Positions 30,275 to 42,565 are shown, numbered from the stretch's first letter. The stretch is DNA of 64,000 bases from Gemmatimonadales bacterium (GCA_039917855.1 JBDSIR010000146.1:2047-66046), one strand, 5' to 3'. Made by a program: numbers and translations. The notes: a model not told the origin generated them from the letters alone.

Positions 30275-31204
30275 ATGCCCGGCGTACACGGCTTGCACCA
30301 CGTCACCTGCATCGCGGGGGATGCCCAGGAGAACCTCGACTTCTACACCAAGGTGATGGGCCTCCGCCTGGTGAAGAAGAGCATCAACCAGGACGCCCCC
30401 GACACCTACCACCTCTTCTTCGCCGACGCGGCGGGAAGCCCGGGGACCGATCTGACCTTCTTTCCCTGGCCCGGCATGGGCCCGGGGCGGCTCGGCCACG
30501 GCCTCACCAACGAAGTCTCGTTCGCCGTGGCAAAGGGGTCGCTCGACTGGTGGAAGGAATGGCTCCCCACGAAGGGGGTCACGCTGAGCCCTGAGACCAC
30601 CCGCTTCGGCGAGCGTACCCTTCCCTTCACCGACCCCCACGGACTCTCGCTCGCGCTGGTCGAGGTCGACAAGCCTCGCACCGTGGTGCCGTGGGAGAAG
30701 AGCCCCGTCCCCGCCCAGCACCAGCTCCGTGGCTTCCACACCGTGCGCACCTGGGAACGGGACATCGCGCCGACCGCGGCACTCCTCACCGGCCCGATGG
30801 GACTCACCAATGTCGGAGAAGAAGGGGGCTGGGATCGGTATGGCGTGAACGGCGGATCCGGAACGCTCATAGACCTCAAGGCGTTCCCGGACGAGCACCG
30901 CGGCTCGTGGGGCGTCGGCTCGATCCACCACGTGGCGTGGCGGGTGACGGACAGCGCCCACGAGCTCGAGGTGCGCGAAGCGGTACGGCAGCACGGCACC
31001 CACACCACCGAACAGATCGACCGGTTCTGGTTCACCTCGGTGTACTTCAAGGAGCCGGGAGGCGCGTTGTTCGAGCTCGCCACCGACGGACCCGGGTTCG
31101 GGCGCGATGAAGACCCGGCGCACCTGGGCGAGATGCTGGTGCTGCCACCCTGGTTCGAGCCGAAACGGGCAGAAATTGAAGCGGGGCTGCCGAAACTCAA
31201 GTAA
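30275..31204 (+). CDS. VOC/glyoxalase-family ring-cleaving dioxygenase
   Basis: 309 aa: HHVTCIAGDAQENLDFYTKVMGLRLVKKSINQDAPDTYHLFF, then a second VOC repeat with HHVAWRV. Confidence 0.85.
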   Translation: MPGVHGLHHVTCIAGDAQENLDFYTKVMGLRLVKKSINQDAPDTYHLFFADAAGSPGTDLTFFPWPGMGPGRLGHGLTNEVSFAVAKGSLDWWKEWLPTKGVTLSPETTRFGERTLPFTDPHGLSLALVEVDKPRTVVPWEKSPVPAQHQLRGFHTVRTWERDIAPTAALLTGPMGLTNVGEEGGWDRYGVNGGSGTLIDLKAFPDEHRGSWGVGSIHHVAWRVTDSAHELEVREAVRQHGTHTTEQIDRFWFTSVYFKEPGGALFELATDGPGFGRDEDPAHLGEMLVLPPWFEPKRAEIEAGLPKLK

Positions 31205-31208
31205 CACC

Positions 31209-31279
31209 GCATGCAGAAGGGCAAAAGAGGCAGAACGCTCCCCGCATGGGACGTTCTACCTCTTCGGCTTTTCTGCATG
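31209..31279. terminator. Long imperfect hairpin between convergent genes (bidirectional terminator candidate)
   Basis: gcatgcagaagggcaaaagaggcagaacg, 14-nt loop, cgttctacctcttcggcttttctgcatg. Lower GC than the surroundings, with T-runs on both strands. Confidence 0.6.
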
Positions 31280-31287
31280 ACTAGTTC

Positions 31288-32280
31288 CTATGTCACCGGA
31301 TCGAGCAAGGTCCCCCCCGCGAAGAACGCGTCCAGGTTCTCGATCGCTCGCATCCCCATCGCGGCCCTTGTCTCCGTCGTGGCGCTACCGAGATGCGGCA
31401 GCGTGACGACATTCTCCAGCGCCAGCAATTCGGCAGAGACCTTCGGCTCCCCCACGTAGACATCCAGTCCCGCCCCGGCCAGTCGTCCTGACTTGAGCGC
31501 CTCGATCAGCGCCGGCTCATCGACCAGGTTCCCTCGCGCGGTGTTGATCAGGTAGCTCCCCTTCTTCATCAGCCCCAGCCGCTCAGCCCCGAGCATTCCA
31601 AAGGTCTCGGAGTTCGCGGGGGCGTGCAGCGAGATCACATCGCTCGTGCCGAGGAGCTCGGCGAGTCCCACCGCCTTGGCGTCGATCTCCTGCGAGGCTG
31701 CCCCCGAGGTCCGAGATCTGACGGGTACCCCCACCTCATTCCGCCCGGCGTAGATGATGTTCATCCCGAAGCCGAAATGCGCCCGCCGCGCGGTGGCCTG
31801 CCCGATCCTCCCGAATCCGATGATGCCGAGGATCTTCCCCTGGATCGAGTTGCCCAGGAGATGGGTCGGCCGCCATCCGGTCCACTTCCCGGCGCGCACT
31901 TCCCGTTCCCCTTCGCCCAGACGCCGCGTGGCCATCAGGATCAGCGCCATCGCCAGGTCGGCGGTGGCCTCGGTGAGGGCACCCGGGGTGTTGGTCACCA
32001 CGAGCCCCGAGGCCTGTGCCGCCGCGAGATCGATATGGTCGGTCCCCGCGCCGAAGTTGGCGAGGATCCGGGTACGCCACGGCCCGCCGCCCAGCACACC
32101 GGCGCTCAGCGGGTCACCCAGCGTACAGATGATCCCGTCCGCCGAGCGGAGGGCATCCTCCATCTCGGCGACGGTGAAGCGACGGTCGTCCATATTGTGG
32201 CGCACCTCGAATCGCTCATCGGCGGCGCGTACCACCGCATCCGGGAGTCGGCGGGTGAGGACCACGATCGGTTTCGTCAT
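31288..32280 (-). CDS. D-isomer-specific 2-hydroxyacid dehydrogenase (glycerate dehydrogenase/hydroxypyruvate reductase-like)
   Basis: ORF trimmed to MTKPIVVLTR. Has GIIGFGRIGQATARR, LINTARG, LDVY..EP, TLPHLGSAT. Confidence 0.9.
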   Translation of the reverse strand: MTKPIVVLTRRLPDAVVRAADERFEVRHNMDDRRFTVAEMEDALRSADGIICTLGDPLSAGVLGGGPWRTRILANFGAGTDHIDLAAAQASGLVVTNTPGALTEATADLAMALILMATRRLGEGEREVRAGKWTGWRPTHLLGNSIQGKILGIIGFGRIGQATARRAHFGFGMNIIYAGRNEVGVPVRSRTSGAASQEIDAKAVGLAELLGTSDVISLHAPANSETFGMLGAERLGLMKKGSYLINTARGNLVDEPALIEALKSGRLAGAGLDVYVGEPKVSAELLALENVVTLPHLGSATTETRAAMGMRAIENLDAFFAGGTLLDPVT

Positions 32281-32309
32281 GGGGTTAGAGTATAGATAAC
32301 TTCCTCCCG

Positions 32310-33614
32310 ATGAAAGGCCCCGACCAGGACCTCCCGACCCTTCTCCGCGCTCTGCACGCGGCGGCCTTGGCCGCCGTCGAGCCAGGTGCGGTGCTGACCG
32401 CTGCCCTGGATCGGGCTGCGCTCCCTGCCCGCGCACCGCACATCCTGGCCCTCGGCAAGGCGGCGCCGGCAATGGCGCACGCCGCCACGAACTGGCTCGT
32501 CAAGCGGAATCTTGCCCCCGCGGGCGGGCTGATCATCGGCGCGGCCCCGTCCGCCACGCCTCACCCTGCCCTCCGCACCCACCACGGTGATCACCCCGTG
32601 CCCCATCAGCACTCGGGCGCCTCCGCCAAACTCGTCGCCGAGGCGTGCGCGGCGATCAGGCCGGGGGACCTCGTCTGGGTCCTGCTCTCCGGCGGCGCTT
32701 CGAGTCTGCTCGGCGCCCCCGTCGACGGGATGACCGACCTCGACTATCAGGAGCTCTGCCGGATCCTCCTCGGGAGCGGCCTCCCGATCATCGAAGTGAA
32801 CCGGATCCGGAAGCGCTTCTCGCGCTGGGGCGCTGGGCGTCTCGCCGCCGCGCTCGAAGGCGCCGAGGTGTCGGCGCTGGTGCTCTCGGATGTGATGGGA
32901 GACGATTTCGCCTCCATCGCCTCCGGTCCCTGCGTGGGCGACCCGTCGACCGCCGAAGTGGTGCGGAATGACCTGATCGGCACCAGCATCGGGGGGATGA
33001 TGCCACCCGCGTTGCTGATCCACCTCGAAGACGTGGCCTCCGGACGGCTCCCGGAAACGCCGAAGCCGCCGGCAGCCTGTTTCCGGCGGGTGACGCATCA
33101 GGTGATCGCCGGGAATCGGATGGCGGTCCAGGCAGCCGCGGCCAAGGCGGAGTCGCTCGGCTTCAGGACGACGGCCCCCGTGCGCCCGATGGTGGGCGAG
33201 GCGGCGGCGGTCGGTCGGCAGATCGGTGAGACGGTGATGAAGCGCACGCCGGATGGACCGTGGTGCGTGGTGTGGGGAGGGGAGGCGACGGTGGCGATCG
33301 GGTCCGATCCGGGGACCGGGGGCCGCTGCCAGGAGATCGCGCTGGCGGCGGCGGAGCGCTTCGCCCAGCTAGGCACACCTCGCCGCCTCGCGCTGTTGGC
33401 GGTAGGCACCGACGGCCGAGACGGCCCTACCGACGCCGCCGGAGCGCTGGTCACACCGGCGACCTGGGGTGCCATCATCGCCGGGGGGCGTGACCCGGCC
33501 GGCGATCTCAAGCGCCACGACGCCTACCCTGCCCTCGATTCGGTGGGCGCGCTGGTGCGGACCGGACTCAGCGGGACCAACGTGAATGACCTGGTGATCG
33601 CGCTGGAGCTCTGA
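32310..33614 (+). CDS. Glycerate 2-kinase (DUF4147/MOFRL family)
   Basis: 434 aa: LALGKAAPAMA, VLLSGGASSLL, CVVWGGEATV, LLAVGTDGRDGPTDAAGA. Confidence 0.85.
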   Translation: MKGPDQDLPTLLRALHAAALAAVEPGAVLTAALDRAALPARAPHILALGKAAPAMAHAATNWLVKRNLAPAGGLIIGAAPSATPHPALRTHHGDHPVPHQHSGASAKLVAEACAAIRPGDLVWVLLSGGASSLLGAPVDGMTDLDYQELCRILLGSGLPIIEVNRIRKRFSRWGAGRLAAALEGAEVSALVLSDVMGDDFASIASGPCVGDPSTAEVVRNDLIGTSIGGMMPPALLIHLEDVASGRLPETPKPPAACFRRVTHQVIAGNRMAVQAAAAKAESLGFRTTAPVRPMVGEAAAVGRQIGETVMKRTPDGPWCVVWGGEATVAIGSDPGTGGRCQEIALAAAERFAQLGTPRRLALLAVGTDGRDGPTDAAGALVTPATWGAIIAGGRDPAGDLKRHDAYPALDSVGALVRTGLSGTNVNDLVIALEL

Positions 33615-33770
33615 AGAGTCTAGAGTCTAGAGACTAGAGTTCTGAGGGGTGCAAGGGAGGATCTCGCCCCTGCACCCCTGAAGAGTCTAGAGTTTGGAGT
33701 TTAGAGGGGTGCCGGGGAGAAACTCGCCCCAGCACCCCTCTAGACTCTAGACTCTGAACTCTCGACTCTT
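33614..33770. repeat. Composite array element, GAGTCTA type, with two internal hairpins
   Basis: gaagagtctagagtctagagactagag, hairpin aggggtgc-N18-gcacccct, a second gagtctagag array, a second hairpin aggggtgc-N19-gcacccct, then the inverted array ctagactctagactctgaactc. Confidence 0.9.
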
Positions 33771-34365
33771 ACAGCCCCAGCACCCACACCAAGCTCCCCA
33801 ACCAGCTCCCCGCCCCGGTCATCGCCTTGCCGAGGAGGGGTCCCGGCGCGACGAGAAGGATCACCACGCCCAGCACCACCCCGGTGATCAGCATATCCCG
33901 CCGAATGGCGGGGAAATCCAGCGCGTGGTCCTCGGCGCGGGCCTTGATCAGCAGGGGGGCGACGAGGCCGATGGCGAGGCCGGCGGCGCCAGCACAGATC
34001 TTCCAGACCCATCGCAGTTCGGTCGCGACCAGCAGGGTGTTGCCCGGCCCGATGCCGAGCACCCCTCCGATGAGGAGAAGGGTCGCAGCGATGGTGGCGC
34101 CGGCGATGCCGAAGGCGACGTTGAATCGGGTGGGTGGGAGGTTGAGGGCGAGGATCGAGAAGATGGTCCCGGCAATGACCGGGCTCCAGACGAGGAGACG
34201 GTACCCCGCAAGGGAGACCGTCATCTGGTCGAAGAGGACCCCGCTCGAGACGAGACGGAGCGGGACCGCACCCACGCCGAGGCCGACACCGACGGGAACC
34301 AGGTAGAGCATCAGCGCCCATCCGGTCAGGACGGCGAGCGACGTCTGCACGGACGGCTTCGTCAT
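33769..34365 (-). CDS. Hypothetical polytopic membrane protein
   Basis: ORF trimmed to MTKPSVQTSLAVLTGWALML. About 6 hydrophobic segments; no recognisable family. Confidence 0.55.
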   Translation of the reverse strand: MTKPSVQTSLAVLTGWALMLYLVPVGVGLGVGAVPLRLVSSGVLFDQMTVSLAGYRLLVWSPVIAGTIFSILALNLPPTRFNVAFGIAGATIAATLLLIGGVLGIGPGNTLLVATELRWVWKICAGAAGLAIGLVAPLLIKARAEDHALDFPAIRRDMLITGVVLGVVILLVAPGPLLGKAMTGAGSWLGSLVWVLGL

Positions 34366-34366
34366 G

Positions 34367-34469
34367 CGCGCGAACCCAAGATGGACCGAACCCACGAGGG
34401 TCCGGTCACGGGTGGGACTCCACATCCGTTGGGAACATCATGGGTTCGGACTTTCCTGGGTTCGCGCGC
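34367..34469. repeat. Inverted repeat element, CGAACCCA type
   Basis: gcgcgcgaacccaagatggaccgaaccca at 34367-34394. The reverse complement of 34441-34469 reads gcgcgcgaacccaggaaagtccgaaccca. Confidence 0.85.
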
Positions 34470-34484
34470 TGGAGGAGCTTCGGT

Positions 34485-34931
34485 TCAGCGACGCAACTCC
34501 CACAATACGTTCACAATGACCCACCGGCCATTCCACTTGGCCACTTGCAGGTAGTCTACCCAGGTCCCGGCATCGATGCGGACGCTGGCGGCGTTCTGGA
34601 AGATATCGAGGATCTTCACATCTTCCCGCTTCTGGGCCGCGGGGGTGTCCTTCCCACCGCCGGCGCGGGTCCCCTGCACCAGCGCCATCGCGCTCATCTG
34701 GCCCAGGCGGGAGCGGCCCTGGGCATCGGAGGTGACGATGCGCTTGGCGAGGTCGGGATGGAGGGCGCGTTCCATGCGGGCCGCGTCGCCGGTGTAGTAG
34801 CCGTCGATGTAGTCGAGGGCGGTGGCGCGGATGTCGGCGGAATCGGCCGGGGTCTGGGCGGCCAGTGGGCCGGTGGGCCAGTGTGCCAGGACCCCCAGCG
34901 CGAGCGCAGTGAGTGAAAGTCGGAGTCGCAT
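34485..34931 (-). CDS. Secreted NTF2-like / putative lumazine-binding family protein
   Basis: 148 aa with a signal peptide and DYIDGYYTGDAARMERALHPDLAKR. Signal-peptide codons [10 protein letters not shown] are encoded by a GGGCCNGT repeat arm. Confidence 0.7.
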   Translation of the reverse strand: MRLRLSLTALALGVLAHWPTGPLAAQTPADSADIRATALDYIDGYYTGDAARMERALHPDLAKRIVTSDAQGRSRLGQMSAMALVQGTRAGGGKDTPAAQKREDVKILDIFQNAASVRIDAGTWVDYLQVAKWNGRWVIVNVLWELRR

Positions 34932-35036
34932 GGGGTGTCCGTTGGGTGTGTCTTGGGAAGGAAGTTCGGGGACACTCTAACTATGGTCGCCGTCTCACTT
35001 CGGTTTCAGCTTTTGGCCCACTGGCCTCCTGGCCCC
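34857..35036. repeat. Octamer-array inverted repeat, GGGCCNGT type, spanning a start codon
   Basis: Left arm ggccagtgggccggtgggccagtgtgccagg (34857-34890) lies inside the CDS. Right arm tggcccactggcctcctggcccc (35014-35036) lies upstream of the ATG at 34931. Confidence 0.75.
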
Positions 35037-35071
35037 CTATTCGTACCGGATGGCCTCGATCGGAGGCGGGA

Positions 35072-35935
35072 TCATCCGAGACCCTTCACCACCGCATCCG
35101 CGAACCGTTCCGCCGCCTGCGGGTGGTACGGGAAGAAGAGTTGCGGCTCCAGCACCTCGAACTCCATCAGCTGGAACTCATCCCCCACCACCACCCCATC
35201 GACCCGGGCGTAGAGCAGCTCATCCCCGCGCAGATCGATGATCTGCTGCGCCGCCAGGAGCACTGCCGGGCTCGGCGTCGCCGGCTCGACGGTACCGCCG
35301 TGGTCGGCCTGCACCCGGAAGTCCCCGTCGGCCGGACGCTTCCGTACCGCATGCGAGTACTTCCCGCCGTAGAAGAGGAGCGAGATCTCCCCCTCGGTCA
35401 CGATCTCGGCCAGGAAAGGCTGGATCATCAGACCGCAGCGCTCGAGGATGGGGTGGATCCGCGCCTCATCGGAGGCGGCCCGCGCCGGAGTGGTGATCCA
35501 GGTGTCGGCCGCGCTGGCGGAGACGGTGGGCTTCACTACGGCCCGGGCCCAGCCCCGGCGGGCGAGGACGGCGGCGAGATCCACGGGCTGCCCCCGCTCG
35601 ATCCACTCGGTGGGCACGATGGATCCACCCCGCTCCTCGATCCAGCGGAGGTAGACCTTGTCGAGATTCCAGCGCAGAACCGAGGTCGGGTTGTGGACCG
35701 GCACGCCGGCGCGATCAAGCGTGGTGAACCACCGGAGGAACGCTTCGCCGTGCTGGGGGTAGTCCCAGGGCGAGCGGACGATGACCTGGTCGAACGACTC
35801 CCAGTTCACCTTGGGATCGTTCCAGACCGCCGGGACGACGGTGACCCCCCGCCGCTTGAGGGGCTCGACAGCCGACCGGTCATCGTCGGTCAGGTCCTTG
35901 AGGGCCAGCGAGGTGGCGAACGCGATGCGAGGCAT
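35072..35935 (-). CDS. ATP-grasp domain protein (RimK/glutathione-synthetase-like)
   Basis: ORF 35072-37291 trimmed to MPRIAFATS. Has VVKPTVSASA, LMIQPFLAEI, EGEISLLFYGGKYSHAVRK, ARVDGV..LMEFEVLEP. The remainder of the long ORF is antisense to the Big_2 gene. Confidence 0.8.
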   Translation of the reverse strand: MPRIAFATSLALKDLTDDDRSAVEPLKRRGVTVVPAVWNDPKVNWESFDQVIVRSPWDYPQHGEAFLRWFTTLDRAGVPVHNPTSVLRWNLDKVYLRWIEERGGSIVPTEWIERGQPVDLAAVLARRGWARAVVKPTVSASAADTWITTPARAASDEARIHPILERCGLMIQPFLAEIVTEGEISLLFYGGKYSHAVRKRPADGDFRVQADHGGTVEPATPSPAVLLAAQQIIDLRGDELLYARVDGVVVGDEFQLMEFEVLEPQLFFPYHPQAAERFADAVVKGLG

Positions 35936-36074
35936 CGCGAAAAATATACCATTCCCTCCCCACACCGGAGGCGGCGCTGCCGCGCTCGTTCTTCGGAACG
36001 GTGCGCTACATCTGGTAGGCCGAGGGCGCGCCGGGGGTTTAGCTTTGACGGGTCCCCGACCTCCATCCGGATCG

Positions 36075-37922
36075 ATGCCCAAGCCGCCCCAGCGTCGTGC
36101 CCTCTTCAGTCTGGCATTCAAGATCACCGCGGGCGCCATCTCGGGGCTCGCGGCGCTGGTTTCGATCCTCACCTTCGCACGCCAGGAAGGGGTGATCGGT
36201 CCGCTCGCCATGATCGGCACCAATGTCGCGCGGATCAGGCTCACGCCGAGCAGCGACACGGCGTGGGCCTTGGGGGATACGCTGAGCTTTGCGGCGCTCG
36301 CCACCGACACCAACGGGCTGGTGCTGAGCGCTCCGGCCCTGACTTGGTCGATCACGAATACCAAGGTGGCCGAGGCACGCTCCGACGGTTCTGCCATCGC
36401 GACCGGGGCCGGTGAGACCACCATCCTGGTCACTGCCGGCACCGCTTCGGCGCGTGCCCGTGTGGTGGTCCATCCCCGGGCGGTGGAGCTCAAGCCGAGC
36501 GCGGATACCATCTTCCTGTCCGAAGGGTCGTCGACCTCGCTGATCGCCGTACCCCTCGATCTGCACGGCCGGATGATCCGCGGAACGATGGCCCGTTGGC
36601 GCTCCTTCGATACCACGATCGTCTCGGTGGACTCCCTCGGCCTCGCCACAGGGATCCGACCTGGCCTCGCGGCCACTGAAGCACGGCTCGACGGGGTCAA
36701 TGCCAAGCTCCTGGTCCGAGTCACTCCGGTGCTCGGTGCCCTCGCCACTGGAGGCGGCGATGACCAGCACGCTCCCGCGAGCACTCCCCTCCCCGCTTCG
36801 GTCGTGGTCCGCACCCTGTCGCGGCAGCGCCAGCCGATCGCCGGGATCCTGGTCCGCGCCGCAGTCGACGGCGGAAGCCTCGAGAGCGATACCGTACGGA
36901 GCAACAGCGAAGGTCTCACGCGGTTCCGGTGGACCCTCGGCGACCGCCCCGGTCCGCAGCACCTGACCGCGCGGGCCGACGAGATCGACTCGACCGTGAC
37001 GATCACCGCCGAGGCGGATCCGGTGGACGGGAACACGAACTTCGTGCTCCTCGATTCGCTAGCGAGCGCGCGCGCCGGTGCCGCACTTCCCGCCCCGATA
37101 GTCATCAGGGTCACCGACACTCTCGGACAGGTGCTCGGCGGGGTCCCGGTGCGCTGGTTCGGATTTGACGGATCGCGGATCGTCGGGACGGCCGACCGGA
37201 CCGATTCGCTCGGACTCGCCACCGCGACCTGGACGTTGGGTCCCAAGGTCGGGATGAACCGCGCACGGCTGATCGTGGGGCCCAGGAACACCCCATTCTA
37301 CGCGCTCACCACCCGGTCGCTCGCGGGCGCCCCAGCGCGAATCGTCGTGGTGCGCGGCGCTGATCAGCGCGGCACTGTCGGTTCGGCGCTTCCACACCCG
37401 GTGAAGGTCCGGGTGACCGATGCGGCGGGGAACCCGGTCGAAGGGGCCACGGTGAACCTTGCCGGATCGAATATCGACACCAACAACCCGATCGAGCGGA
37501 CCGATGCGGCAGGCCATGCGTCCCTCCGGTGGAGCTTTGGTCCGATCGCTGGCACCCAACGCGCCATCTTGTCCGTCCAAGATGCTGACGACGTGGAAGT
37601 GGTGGTGACCTCGACCGCCCTCCCTGCCCCGGCCGCCAAGGTCGACATCGTGGCGCCGAGCATCTCGATCGTGAGCTCGGCGACGATCAGGGTCGTGTCG
37701 CTGGTGACAGACTCCCTCGGCAATCCGATCACCGGGACCGTCGTGCAGCCGCGGGTGACGGCCGGGAGCGTATCTCCGCTCCGGGCCACCACCAACGCAC
37801 AGGGACGCGCCACATTCACCTGGACCCTCGCCCGGCGCCAGGGAGACCAGGCGATCACGGTGCATGCGGCAGGGGTGCGGACCGACGCCACGAAGACGGT
37901 GCGGAGACCGACGAGCAGGTAG
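36075..37922 (+). CDS. Membrane-anchored surface protein with bacterial Ig-like (Big_2 / invasin-like) repeats
   Basis: ORF trimmed to MPKPPQRRALFSLAFKITAGAISGLAALVSIL (TM anchor). Repeated beta-rich modules: LTWSITNTKVAEARSDGSAIATGAGETTILVTAG, and several VRVTD..GNPV..A.V modules. Confidence 0.8.
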   Translation: MPKPPQRRALFSLAFKITAGAISGLAALVSILTFARQEGVIGPLAMIGTNVARIRLTPSSDTAWALGDTLSFAALATDTNGLVLSAPALTWSITNTKVAEARSDGSAIATGAGETTILVTAGTASARARVVVHPRAVELKPSADTIFLSEGSSTSLIAVPLDLHGRMIRGTMARWRSFDTTIVSVDSLGLATGIRPGLAATEARLDGVNAKLLVRVTPVLGALATGGGDDQHAPASTPLPASVVVRTLSRQRQPIAGILVRAAVDGGSLESDTVRSNSEGLTRFRWTLGDRPGPQHLTARADEIDSTVTITAEADPVDGNTNFVLLDSLASARAGAALPAPIVIRVTDTLGQVLGGVPVRWFGFDGSRIVGTADRTDSLGLATATWTLGPKVGMNRARLIVGPRNTPFYALTTRSLAGAPARIVVVRGADQRGTVGSALPHPVKVRVTDAAGNPVEGATVNLAGSNIDTNNPIERTDAAGHASLRWSFGPIAGTQRAILSVQDADDVEVVVTSTALPAPAAKVDIVAPSISIVSSATIRVVSLVTDSLGNPITGTVVQPRVTAGSVSPLRATTNAQGRATFTWTLARRQGDQAITVHAAGVRTDATKTVRRPTSR

Positions 37923-37940
37923 GAAGGGCCGGCCCCGTGT

Positions 37941-38223
37941 CCGCCTCACCCCCCAGCCCCCTCTCGGCACGTGCGCCCTGACGGGCGCTGACCCCGTCCG
38001 GGTTCAGGACTGCGCTCCAATTTCGCCACCTCCCATCGAACCCCGCAGCTTCATGATGGTGCGGCGGTGTTTCGCTCACGGGCTTTATCCCCACTACTGC
38101 ACGGGACCACGGGCCGTAAGGCCCGACGAGCCGAGTGGGGGCGTAAGCCCCCGAAATCGTTGGACCCACAGACAACGTCCCCCTCTCCGCGCGTCAGCGG
38201 GAAGGGGGGGTCAGGGGGTGAGG
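37941..38223 (+). ncRNA. Structured intergenic element (candidate ncRNA or MITE cargo) bounded by CCTCACCCCC / GGGGGTGAGG ends
   Basis: The outer ends pair (cctcaccccccag at 37945; tcagggggtgagg at 38211). The interior has hairpins gcgccc-tgac-gggcgc, gggcc-GTAA-ggccc (38111-38124) and gggggc-GTAA-gccccc (38137-38152). The GNRA-type loops read correctly only on the + strand. Confidence 0.35.
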
Positions 38224-39843
<1,620 letters not shown>

Positions 39844-39859
39844 CGCCCGGGCGGAAAGC

Positions 39860-39896
39860 GGAGATCCTTCGAGGCCTGAAGGCCTCTCAGGACGAG
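39860..39896. repeat. Solo end of the GTCATCCTGAGG family abutting the tRNA 3' end
   Basis: ggagatccttcgaggcctgaaggcctctcaggacgag, immediately adjacent to the tRNA discriminator base. No partner end nearby. Confidence 0.7.
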
Positions 39897-39970
39897 TAGC
39901 AGGGGCGGGACTCGAACCCGCGACCCCGGCATTATGAGTGCCGTGCTCTAACCAGCTGAGCTACCCTGCC
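39897..39970 (-). tRNA. tRNA with CAU anticodon (elongator Met; tRNA-Ile2 not excluded)
   Basis: The reverse complement folds as a cloverleaf: GGCAGGG-UA-GCUC-AGCUGGUUA-GAGC-A-CGGCA-CUCAUAA-UGCCG-GGGUC-GCGGG-UUCGAGU-CCCGC-CCCUGCU-A. Has a G1-U72 wobble; CCA is not encoded. Confidence 0.85.
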
Positions 39971-40103
39971 GTGACGGCCCGTGAGAAGTGACCGGTGACC
40001 CGTGACCGGGCCCTGAACGCACGTCGCCGCGAGGTGGCAAAACTAGTGGCGGCACCACCCTATCGCAACCGAGCCAACATCAGGCCCGGTCACCACTTAC
40101 CGG

Positions 40104-40114
<11 letters not shown>
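39971..40114. repeat. Heptamer-array hairpin, GTGACCR type
   Basis: Left arm gtgacggcccgtgagaagtgaccggtgacccgtgaccgggcc, 69-nt spacer, right arm ggcccggtcaccacttaccggtcaccggtcac. The right arm contains the ftsB stop. Confidence 0.9.
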
Positions 40115-41795
<1,681 letters not shown>

Positions 41796-41809
41796 GGGAT
41801 GCCGCAATC

Positions 41810-42565
41810 CTAGTGGTGGGCGGCGGCAGAATCAACGCGGACCGCGGGGGAATCTCCTGCCAGGGCCACGATCGCTCCCCGGACCTGCTCCATCAGCGCT
41901 TCGCGCGCTTCATAGTCCAGCCCCGCGGTCGGCACCGGGGCGCCGAACTTGAGGGTGACGACGCCGGGCTTCACATACCACTGCCCCTTGGGGAGTGCCG
42001 CGAACGCTCCGTCGATCCAGACCGGGATCACCGGGACCTGCGCGGCGATCGCCAGGACGAGCGGACCCTTCTTGAAGGGGTGGAGCCTCCCGTCGAGGCT
42101 CCGGGTCCCTTCGGCAAAAACGATCGCGGAGATCCCGGAACGGATCGATGCGCCAGCCTTCTCATACGCTCCGAACGCCGCCTGCAGGTTCTTCCGGTCG
42201 ATCCGGATGTGGCGGGCGGCGCGGAGCGCGTGTCCGAAGAGCGGGACGCTGAACAACTCCTTTTTGGCTACGAACCGGACCGAATCGGGGAGTACCGCGA
42301 GGAGGACCCAGATGTCGGAGAAGGAGAAGTGATTCACGATGAAGACGTAGGGCCGATCGCTCGGGATGGCATCGAGTCCCTCGACCCGGAGGGTGAGCCC
42401 GTTGAGCGAGGAAAGCCAACTTCCCCACCAGCGCGCCGCGTTGTCGTACAGCCCCCCCTTCCGGTACCGCACCCCGACCAGGCTGCCAAGCACGCAGGCC
42501 GCCGAGCAATAGACGGTCACCACGAAGAGCGTGAGCCAGTACCAAAGCGCGCGGAAGAGGTTCAT
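41810..42565 (-). CDS. plsC: 1-acyl-sn-glycerol-3-phosphate acyltransferase
   Basis: 251 aa: VNHFSFSDIW (HX4D-type motif region), FAEGTRS. Confidence 0.88.
   Translation of the reverse strand: MNLFRALWYWLTLFVVTVYCSAACVLGSLVGVRYRKGGLYDNAARWWGSWLSSLNGLTLRVEGLDAIPSDRPYVFIVNHFSFSDIWVLLAVLPDSVRFVAKKELFSVPLFGHALRAARHIRIDRKNLQAAFGAYEKAGASIRSGISAIVFAEGTRSLDGRLHPFKKGPLVLAIAAQVPVIPVWIDGAFAALPKGQWYVKPGVVTLKFGAPVPTAGLDYEAREALMEQVRGAIVALAGDSPAVRVDSAAAHH

Noticed and set aside
38125-38165. gagccgagtgggggcGTAAgcccccgaaatcgttgg considered as a group II intron domain V.
   Set aside because: The lower helix does not pair in the required AGC/bulge geometry when drawn out. There is also no reverse-transcriptase or maturase ORF nearby.
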